From Selaginella moellendorffii (taxonomy: Eukaryota; Plantae; Lycopodiophyta), in assembly GCF_000143415.4 (NCBI RefSeq), contig NW_003314273.1, forward strand, positions 1,002,074 through 1,066,073: DNA of 64,000 nt, read 5' to 3'. A model generated the notes under the pieces. That model did no database searches and was not told where the DNA came from. It was given only the letters and a program-made list of their open reading frames with translations. This document shows, piece after piece, positions 54,822 to 64,000 of the stretch (positions are counted from its first letter, which is position 1; each line of letters begins with the position of its first letter). Position numbers and translations under genes: made by a program.

Positions 54822-57261
54822 TCAAATGCTCGCCTCCGGTCGCCACATCTTCTTCTGAGCGGCCACAAACTGTTGCTGCTCCTCCTGGTCCTCCACCTCC
54901 TGTGACGACTTTCGTGAGGAGGAGAGCACCTTCACCTCCCAGTGCAACGACTTGACGATCGGTTCTAGTTCCTTCAAAACTTCTGGCTTGTCTCTGATTA
55001 GAGCCCAGCCTTCCGGCCTCAAAATTCTATCCATCTCCAACAAAACATGACTGGCGTTACAGCTGCAAGAAGAAGCCACACTGCTGTTAGAAGGAAGAAA
55101 GCCAAAAGAGGAAGAAAACGAAAGAACGAGGAACTTGCAAGAAGAAACGAAACGGATTACCTTGTTCCCAGCTGCGAGAACAAACCGTCCGCGTGGAGGA
55201 GGTCGTAGGTTCTCGGATACGTGCTGAAGGACTCACACCAATCGTGGTAAATCCCGAAAAGACCTCGATCAAAAACAATCGGTAGCGTATCCTCGCCATT
55301 TGCAGGAACCACGTTCATCACCCACACTGGCAGAGTAGCCAAGGCAGCTGCAAACCTGCAGGAGAGAAACTTAAAAACGCTTACAAAGGAAGAGAGAAAG
55401 GTGGAAGGAGACTATACCCGCCATAACCCGCTCTCATATCCATTACGTTCCTTATCCCATCCCAGTCGATTCCAACGTTCTTCTCGTACGAGTTGCGAAC
55501 AACACCCTTCCAATGCTCGGTCTCGGAAGCAAACTCCTCTGCAGACGGACCGTGGAGAGATTTTGGAGTGGCTTCCAGCCGCCCTGGCCACGCGTCAGGC
55601 CAGTCTACACGAGCTTTTCCAATTTCATGCATGCACCCTCCAAGAGGATTATACCTGTCATGGTGCAGTTCGGATAAGGTTACTACCAGGAGTAGCAGGA
55701 AATAGAAAAGAGCATACCATGCAGCATCAGGGGAGTCCTCCTTCTCACAGATTGGAGGCTCACTGGCAGATCGTTGACGGTAGCATGTATCATCCCACGG
55801 CTTTTGAAATACTGCTACCCCGATACCAGTCAAAGGATCTTTGGTTCTAGCCAGCCTCTTCCAGCACATTTTCGATGCCGCCCTAGTCGTCTCTGTAATA
55901 CTCGCAGCCACGGGTTAGAAGAAGCGAGAGTCGCACAGAAACAAGCACCTTTCCATATCTGAACGTCCTCAGGCTCGTGTTGATAGACAGGGGTGGCGGA
56001 CCAGATGAAATACCCTCCGGGGCGAAGAACCCTGTTGAGCTCCAACAACAGCTTGGCGCCTGAAATGCCGAGTTGGATTTCATGCCCGAGAGTCAAGACG
56101 TGCTCACCTTCAACATGCCATGGTACTCTGCAGCGAGCACAGTGTACTGCATCGTAAACATTGCTAGGAAAAGGAAGCCGCGTTGTTCCCATCACCGCTG
56201 AGATTGCGGGGATTCCACGCTCCAGCGCAAACTGGACCTGCGCTTCGTGCTCGTCCTTGGGAGCGAAAGACATGGTAAGCACGTCCTTGTCAAACAGGTA
56301 ACCCCCAAAGCTAGCCACACCGCAACCAACATCCAGAACAACACGAGTGTGCGTTCCCCAGGCAATGGCTGGCAGAGTCTGCAGACAATCATCTTCAGCT
56401 GGCACCGTCAGCAAGATATATCGAGCGTACCTTCTCCACAAACTCGATATATCGCGTCGCGCCCTTCTTGAACTGTGTCCCTCCGCCGGGGAAGACAAGC
56501 ACGTCATCCTTGCGCATCACCCACTGCTGGTCAGCTTTGTACGAGACTAGACCCGTGTGTGGAACATTGTAATACCAGATCTGCAACCAAACAACTCTAT
56601 AAGATTGTAGAGGTAGCGTAAGAAACAAAGAGCTGGTTACCTCGCTTCTGCTCCTGGGCCAAGGAATGCGAGGCCGGTAGCCGTCCGGAAGCGGCACTAG
56701 ACACAAGCGGCTCCCCTCGTCAAGGGGGCAGTGCCTCTCCCTGTGCTCGTAGTGCTTGGTGCTCTTGAGGCTCTTGATGGCCCTGACGTTGTCCAGGCAT
56801 GGGATGTAGTCGGATCCAGCAGCGGACGAGCACAGCTTCCAGTCGTAGTGTGGGACTTCCAAGGAGCCACTGTCTAGCCTCTGGTTTTCTTCCTTCTCCT
56901 CCTGTGATTCCTCGGCTTGAGTGGCCAAGTTGCCGTCGATCTCCTTGTTCTCCACTGTGAGCTCGGCATCCCCGTCGGAGTGAGCTGCCTCCTCAGCTTC
57001 CCTGTCCGACCCCCTGGATTCCGGATCTGACGCTTCCGAGTCGCCATCAATCCTGGAATCCTCAAAGACTTGTGTGTCAATTTTCGCCCCCGAAACGGCC
57101 ACCTTGTTGAGGAGAGGTGGTCCAGATCTAAGCGTGGCTACGCGCTGGGGCGTGGCGGGAGCAAGCAGCATCCAGGCGGCCACGAGCGCGAAGCTGACGC
57201 CAATGCAGATCGCCGCTGGGACGACGGCGGAGCGCTTGTCGGCGCGCTGCTGCTTGGCCAT
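54822..57261 (-). CDS. Putative pectin/SAM-dependent methyltransferase (PMT, Methyltransf_29); multi-exon
   Basis: N-terminal [85 protein letters not shown]. Confidence 0.96.
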
Positions 57262-57386
57262 GTCGCGCGCATATCAATCTGTGTAGCCCAGCGTACCTCT
57301 TTCTCAGCTGCGCAGAGCAAATCTAGGGCAGTGCCTCAGTGGGATCACTGCTTAAATACATCGCATTGCTTAATGTGCCACACTTA

Positions 57387-58285
57387 TTAATCTGTGAAGT
57401 TTGGAGCAACGGACTGCCCTTGACGGGCCGAGGGGGATGGCTCGACGTGCTTGGCCGGAGCAACGTGAGGCTTGGTCAGCTGCGCCGGAAGCTTGGCGAT
57501 GCCCTCCAAGTAGAAGGTGTAGAAGAGCTTGGTCGGGAAGATGATCTGCTGCAGCTTCACCTGGCCGCGAGCCCCGTTGAAGATGCCACTCCCGCCGGTG
57601 ATCGCCATGTACGTATCCTGGTACGTGATGTAGGCCCCCTGATTCCAGCTCTCCATCACAACCCATATTCATCCGGAAGAGGGATCTATACCTGAACGGA
57701 GATGTGGCCGTAGTCCCCGAAGTAGAAGCTGTAGGTGGCCTCGTATCGATCTCCTTTGCCAGGAACGTGTTTGATGAGCACACACAGGCCAGCAGTGATC
57801 CCCAGCCGCGTCTCCAAGCAACCATCGTAGAGCTGCCATGGACATCATCAAGAGCGAGGCAAAGTTCGTGTAGCGGGCTTACTTTGTTGGAGAAAGGAAC
57901 CAGGTCGCCCAGCGCATTGGTTGGCTTGGCTTTGTCCCCCTTGAGAAGCACGGGGCTGCCCCTGTCCAGCTCGTTGATCTCGTACACGGACAGGGTTTGC
58001 ACCTCACGCGGCTGCTGCGCTGCGGCCAATCCATCCGACACACAGACATATTCGGACAAGAGAGCTTCAGTTCTTACCTTTGTCCCCAGAGAAGATCCCA
58101 AAGAAGCACTTGGGTGAGGGGACAATGGCAGCTGATCTCGCCGTCAAGGGAACCAAGCGGATCCAAGAGGATGCAAGGCGATTGGGCGTGCAGAAAGACG
58201 AGCGGAGCAAGGTGGCCTTGCAAGCATTCGCGTTGTGGTCCCCTGTTGCCGCTCCCAGCCCCAATGGCGCCAGGGAACTTGCCAT
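57387..58285 (-). CDS. AOC: Allene oxide cyclase (plastid; OPDA/jasmonate pathway); multi-exon
   Basis: [78 protein letters not shown]. Confidence 0.96.
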
Positions 58286-58465
58286 GCTGCTAGCTAGTGC
58301 TGTGATGCGGGCAAACTCCAAATGGATTGGAACTCTTTGGGCCAACAACAGTGATGGTGCTTGGCCAACAACAGTGATCGTGCTTGCCAGACAGGACCAC
58401 GTGTTACTAGTGGTCGTCCAGCTCATCCATCCAGTAGGGCTAGCTCAGTACGCTAGGGCGATAGA

Positions 58466-59188
58466 ATGATCCACCAGCTCGCCCTCCTCGTTGGTGTGCT
58501 CTCCTTCTTCCACAGCTCCGAGTTCGCCCTCGCGTTGCTCATCCATGGCCGCCATCACGTCTCCTGGAAGTGTAAGATTCCCTTGTTTCGCAAGCACGTT
58601 GACTTAGTAGACAGGCAGCGTTCCTCTTTAGCCGCGACTACCTCGTGGCCATGGCTGCGGGCGTTCTGGAGCATCTTGCGGAGAGCTTGGTGGTTCCAGG
58701 AATCAAGGAGCACCCGTGGATGAGCAACGCGGGCCTCGCTCTCGTGGTCGCGGGGGAGATGATTCGCAAGGCGGGAATTCTAACCGCGTGGAATGGCTTC
58801 ACTCACGACATCAAGACTCGCCGCCATGACAATCACATCCTCGTCACGCACGGGATTTACAGGTGCGTGATCGAAGAATTCATGCCGCCGCGCCCGTCTC
58901 ACTGACCTGTGCTCCAGCTTCCTTCGCCATCCTGGCTATGCCGGCTTCTTTCTGTGGTCCGTGGGAACACAGGTGATGATGCTCAACCCCTTGTGCACCA
59001 TCGCCTACGCGATTGTCACCTGGAGATTCTTTCACTCTCGCATTGCGTATGTTGCCTCCTTGTTACTCTTTTCCTTCATAACACTACCTGTCGTCAGCTG
59101 CGAGGAGTACTTTCTCCGCCGCTTCTTTGGATCCCAGTACGAAGATTACGCTCGGCGTGTTCCATCGGGAATCCCCTTCATCAAATAG
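58466..59188 (+). CDS. ICMT: Protein-S-isoprenylcysteine O-methyltransferase (STE14/ICMT); 4 exons
   Basis: FFHSSEF, FTHDIK...H.LVTHGIY..LRHPGYAGF, RIA.EEYFL..FFG..Y..Y...VPSGIPFIK*. Confidence 0.95.
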
Positions 59189-61077
59189 CTACGAGATCGA
59201 TTGGCTTCTAGTTACCGCAGACAGAACATCCAGCCACCCCTCGAGAATTCTGGGAACTTCGCACGGACTTTCTGTGGGTCTGGCATAACAGCAAACTAAT
59301 ATCAGTACGGGCAAGAGACTTGAGCTACTCGTAGGTTCGTCGTCACCTTGGAAGAAACTCCCGTCCAGCAACCAGGACGACGTCACAGACTTGTTCCACA
59401 AAATCCTCCAAAGACGGGACTGCAGTATTGACCATAAGCAAGCTTTCGACTGCACCCTGGCTCACGCAAGAGAGGGAATATCAGCGGTGGAAGCATATCA
59501 AGCGGAGTGCTCTCACCGCCAACTGAGTGGCACTCCCAACCTGCAGCTTGTAGCAAAGCTGCTCTAACAAGTGATTTTTCCCACCGCAACGGTCCGTAAT
59601 CTGCACGAGGTGGAACTTTGAGTGTTTGAAGCAATGCATCGGGCATACATACATCGTGCTGTCGGGTGGCGGCAGCGTTGTTCTCCTTGTGCTGGAGCTC
59701 GTGACACAGCGAAGTCACTTGGGAGCGCAAGGCGCCCAGCTCCCAGGCCATTGTCGCCTTTTGCTTCTCATAAATGCCCACCTGTGGTCTCATCAGCAAG
59801 CAGGGAGAGTCGGACCACAAAAACTGAAAGTCGACTTTACCAGCTGTAACGGCTTCAGGTCTCGGGACAGGAGATTCCAGTCGAGACCACCGCTTGCTCC
59901 TCGTGCCTGGCGTGCTCGCATGACCTTGTTCTTAAGGTTCCTGTAGCACTCGACATCCTTTGACCGCTGGCTCTCCTCCTGCTTGCATGACCGCCGACCA
60001 TGGATTTAATCAATGTCTCCGGATCCATGACATAGAGAGAAAGCTATGGCCACCTTTTCAATCGATTCCAGCAGCCTCGTCTGGTACTTGCGAGCGTCCC
60101 GTTCTTTAGACCGGCAGTTGTGTTCCAGTTGGCTGCTCCAAAGGAAAGAAACTATCGAGTTGATAAACGCACCATGACATACCTACAGCGCTGTTGGAGG
60201 TTTGAGTTGGTGGCCTCGAGGGACTGGACCTCCCTCCGAAACCTTGAGGCAGCCTTGGCGGCTGCAGACAGAGCTGCCTGCGACCGTTGCTCCGATGACG
60301 CCAACTTCTTCTTCCACAGTTGCAGTTCGCCATCCTGCCGTACCAAGAGAAGGTTGCTCTGCTCCTCTTGTCTGCGACTCCTCTCCGCCTCCTCTAAAAG
60401 CTCCTGCAAGGAAACGCTAAGGGACATGCGGGAAACATTTTGTGAACCTGAATAAAGCTCTCTCTTCGTACGTATTCCCGGGCGAGGTCTACTACAGTTC
60501 CCAGCAGCTGCTCCCCGGAAAGCGGTTTTGTGATTGGAGGGAAACCCGCATCCGCGAGTAGAGTGTTGGCGACGGGGAGCAGATTACAATCCGACGATTG
60601 GCCGCGGTTGAAGGGGACGTCTGTGGCAGCGCTGCTGTCGCTGCTACTACATGTGTGGGCAGCCGCTAGCACGGAAGTTGGCGAGGCTGGCCTATTATAT
60701 GAAACATCTGCGACTGGGCTACTGGTGTTGCGCTCGAGGCGCGAGACAGCAGCAGCCGGGCCTGGGGAAAGAATCTTGTGTGTACGGCTGGCAAAGGTAG
60801 CAGTGATACCTTGGGCCGCAGCCGATTCCTGGCAATCATTATATCCTTCGGTCGTACTGCTGGTACTGCATTCAAGAACGCAGGGCAGCACAGGATCTTG
60901 GCTCGGGGCCATGCCAGCATCATCCCGAACGTAGCGGTCGTCGTCGTCGTGCTGCTTCTTGACGGAGGAGGTTACCCAACGATGTTCTTGATCCTCTTGA
61001 CTCTCGGACTGGCTCTGCTGCTGTTGCAATCCATACCTCTCTGCGAGCGAACGAACAAAGGTCTCCCATTCCTCCAT
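59189..61077 (-). CDS. Coiled-coil protein resembling centriolar CEP70/CRC70; multi-exon
   Basis: ANTLLADAGFPPI, a long coiled coil, RDLKPLQLVGIYEKQK, LEQLCYKLQV..ATQL.GAVE...VPSLEDFVEQVC, VPRILEGW; stop at 59189-59191. The gene structure is solid; the family call is from memory of motifs. Confidence 0.6.
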
Positions 61078-61172
61078 GGCTGCTTCGCTTCGCTGCCGAC
61101 CTAGCTGACCTGAGCTGATGAGCTACCACTTTCTTGCTTCCATTCTTGTTGCAAAGAAGCGGGAAAGAGCAT

Positions 61173-61182
61173 GCCACGTGGC
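61173..61182. promoter_or_regulatory. Perfect palindromic G-box GCCACGTGGC
   Basis: Motif match ~95 bp upstream of the CEP70-like ATG. Confidence 0.35.
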
Positions 61183-62029
61183 GCGGGGACCGGTGGACAA
61201 CGTCATAGTAGAGGACGTGCAAAGTGTTTAATGCAATGCTTCCTCTTCTTCTATCCACCGTTGTGATGGAGAGGAACAATTCTCGATTTTTTAAAGGATT
61301 TGCAAGTCGAGCAGCAGCAGCAGCAGCACCACCACCACCGCCACACGAATGAAGAGCAATTGCGTTGAGAGCTATGTGGCGCCGTCGCCGTAGCAAGGAT
61401 TGAGGTAGCGTTCACGACTCACGAGTCCCGGCTGAAGAGAAGTTTTCCATTTTGTGCGAATAATCCCGTCGCTCTCGGTTGCAATTGCGATTCCGTGTTT
61501 CCGTGGCCGCCCCTTCTCAATCTCCGCGCCCTCATTGATGCTGATGGTGTTTCCGCAGATTCTTTCCAGGAAGAAAGAGGCGTAGGTAATCAGCATCCGA
61601 ATCAAAAGCGACACTTGACACACACGCGCTTGATGCTTCCCATCTCACCTGGACGTTCTGTGGTTTAAATTCACCTGCCTAGAAGACTTGAGAGACGCGC
61701 GCGAGAGGCTGGACGAGGGTTGCTGCTTGTTCTTTTAGACTATCTATTTCCTAGTAGCTGCTCCTCCTTCCATTCTTCTTTTTGGTTGTGGAGCAAGGGC
61801 GTCTTGTCTTGCTGTTGGTCCTAGCCTAGCATCCCCTAGCAGGAGTGACTACATAGCTCTCTCCCTTCTCTCCCTTCAAGCTCCTCTTCACCTTTCTTGA
61901 AACAAGAAACGTTTAGACTTTGCTTTCTCTTTCTTTCTTTTTTGCTGCGGGCCAAACACGTATATCGATCGATCAGTTTTGCCGGCTTTGAGATTGCGTG
62001 TGTGCGCAGCGTGAGCAACATATAACATC

Positions 62030-62377
62030 ATGTCGGGCGTGTGGGTGTTCAAGAATGGAGTGGCGAGATTAGTCTCCAATCCGCTCATGGAGCCGATCGA
62101 CAGCGGCGAGCGCGGAATTCTTCGCAAGAAAGTGCTGGTGCATGTCCCCAGCAACCAGATCATCTCCTCCTACGCGCACCTCGAGGCCAAACTCTTGGAT
62201 CTTGGGTGGGAGCGCTACCCCTACGAAGAGCCCGATCTTATCCAGTTCCACAAGATCTCCTCGGTCGACCTCATCTCTCTGCCCGCAGACTTCACCAGGT
62301 TCAAGACCATCCACATGTACGACATTGTTGTCAAGAACAGATCCTTCTTTGAAGTACGGGACTTCTCATGTACTTAA
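62030..62377 (+). CDS. FPF1: Flowering-promoting factor 1-like protein, intronless
   Basis: MSGVWVFKNGV.RLV, RKKVLVH.PSN..ISSY..LE.KL..LGWERY, LIQFHK, DLISLP.DF..FK..HMYDIVVKN. Confidence 0.96.
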   Translation: MSGVWVFKNGVARLVSNPLMEPIDSGERGILRKKVLVHVPSNQIISSYAHLEAKLLDLGWERYPYEEPDLIQFHKISSVDLISLPADFTRFKTIHMYDIVVKNRSFFEVRDFSCT

Positions 62378-62453
62378 AAATTCGCTCCCTTCCCCCACCA
62401 AGACAAAGAAGAAAAATACAAACCATGATAATAAAATGTTGCTCCCATTCTGT

Positions 62454-63737
62454 TTAGATGGTAGCTTTCTGAGACAGGTAGTGTTCTAGCATGTCGTCCT
62501 CGTCCAAGTCTAGAGCCAAAACAGCCAGCCATTTAAAAACCAAATCTGAAAATCTCGAGCGAATTCCCCGTACCTTCGTCATCGTAATCGGCATCGAAGT
62601 CAATGTCCTCTTCTGCCTCCTCTTCGCTCGATTCAGCCACGGGTTTGCCAACTCTCTGCATCTCAAAGGCACTGTCACTGAGCCACCCTCCCAAGCCCAA
62701 GGAGGAGAATACGTTTACCACAGCTGAAGCTCGACCACTTTCAAACCAGGCCCTCCCGCTCAGCCGCTTGTCCTTGGTGGTGGTGAGAGCCGACTCGGGC
62801 ATCAACCTGGGACATGAAAAGTGATTCTAGACACAGGAAACGAGTACAGACAACCAATACCTGGCTCTCTCAAGGGCTAGCTCGGCCTCAAATCTTTCTC
62901 TCCATGCCACAAACGTTTCGACAGTTACCACCTCCCCATGCGGCTCCACGACCTTCAAAGAATCATGCTGGTGTTAGAATTCAGCTGATAAGATCTATTC
63001 AACCTCGTCTATTCCAGGTGCCTCTTCTTCATCTTCCCCGCTCCCTTCGTCTTCTTGAGCAAACCTTAGAGACAGCCATTCCTTTGCTGAAGTAGCCAGT
63101 GTGTACATCATGGCCATTCCGAGGCTCTCCGTGGCCTGCAAAACCCGGATTGTCAAGCCAGCGATTCCAGACTCTGGATGACAGCATGCAAACCTCTGCT
63201 TGGAGCTTTTGTTTGAGCTCTTTAGCTTCGCTGTCCCTGACGCCCTTGCCACTGCCACAAAAGTGTCGTTACACAGTAATTGGAGAACTCAGTATGCAGC
63301 TCACCTACGGACATCCAAAAGGGGTGGCTCGTCAGGATAGTTTGGTGTATGTGCAAAGATTAGATTTACCTGAGCTGCACCACAAAAGTTAAAAAAGGAA
63401 AAATCTCATTTATTGATTCAAGAACTGACCAGCCTCCCCCTCATCCTGCACAGAGATTCATATATCTAAAAATCAAGAGCCTAAACGAGCAGGAAAGCGC
63501 ACCCATACCTCCGATGTTATTTTGATCTGGTACGACGGACTTTGAGTGTCCTCTAACACTGCAATTGTACTAAGTAGTGAACATAAAAGAACATGCTCAT
63601 CCTCGAAAAGGATACCTTGAATATCATCCATGAGAATGGCTTGCAGCGCCTCAACCTCCATTTCCTGTTCTTGAGCGTAATCTGCACAGATCAAAGCTGC
63701 TGGGTGAGCTCCAACCTACTCCCATCGCCTTACCCAT
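62454..63737 (-). CDS. RWD domain-containing protein 1 (GIR2/DFRP-like); multi-exon
   Basis: M|DYAQEQEMEVEALQAILMDD, ESLGMAMMYTL..SAKEWL, HGEVVTVETF.AWRERFEAE, RLSGRAWFESG, acidic tail. Confidence 0.92.
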
Positions 63738-64000
63738 CGATCGCTAGCTCTAGGGTAGCCAAAACAAATTAGGGTTTTTGGTATTCATGGTTTTTGAAGA
63801 AATCACTCGATCCGCTTCTTGGCGAAAGGATACGTGTAGGGCATGAGGCGCACTAGCACAATCAACGGGATGATGAGGTAGGGCACGTAAATGCTGAAGA
63901 GCTGGAACTTCGTTGGGACTTGAGAGCACAGAATATCGAACAAGATTGGTATCTGTCGACCAATGAGCCAAATTACATAGCCAAAGTGGATCCAAACTTA

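Overview
Eukaryotic plant nuclear DNA, most consistent with a lycophyte such as Selaginella. This is inferred from ~50-60 nt GT-AG introns, extreme gene density, PPR arrays of tandem 31-aa motifs, a LEC1-type NF-YB and a centriolar-type gene; it is not proven. The window has two compartments. (1) 1-~22.5 kb is AT-rich and accessory: one intact PPR-E gene, an internally deleted Ty3/gypsy element with both LTRs, an RPA70-like pseudogene, two decayed signal-peptide ORFs, and a GC-rich island of four pseudogenes. One of these, a plastid-type TruB, carries an internal inversion that can be reconstructed to the base. (2) ~22.8-63.7 kb holds 22 tightly packed genes: sororin-like, CLT, an unknown gene, lipase-3/P-loop, HAD, Obg, AKR, ELF6-like JmjC, FCF1, Raf-like kinase, AAH, TMEM87/GOST, ORANGE, Tubby F-box, DTW, LEC1, PMT, AOC, ICMT, CEP70-like, FPF1 and RWD. 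The most striking signals are: co-oriented gene runs with only 84-152 bp from stop to next ATG; a TAGGG(C/T)T telo-box-like motif in sense orientation just upstream of ten start codons; a 10-nt overlap of two convergent CDSs (Obg/AKR); back-to-back stop codons with 0 bp gap (ICMT/CEP70-like); and a possible alternative-donor switch at LEC1. All family assignments come from motif recognition by eye and exon joins were done manually; no database searches were run.
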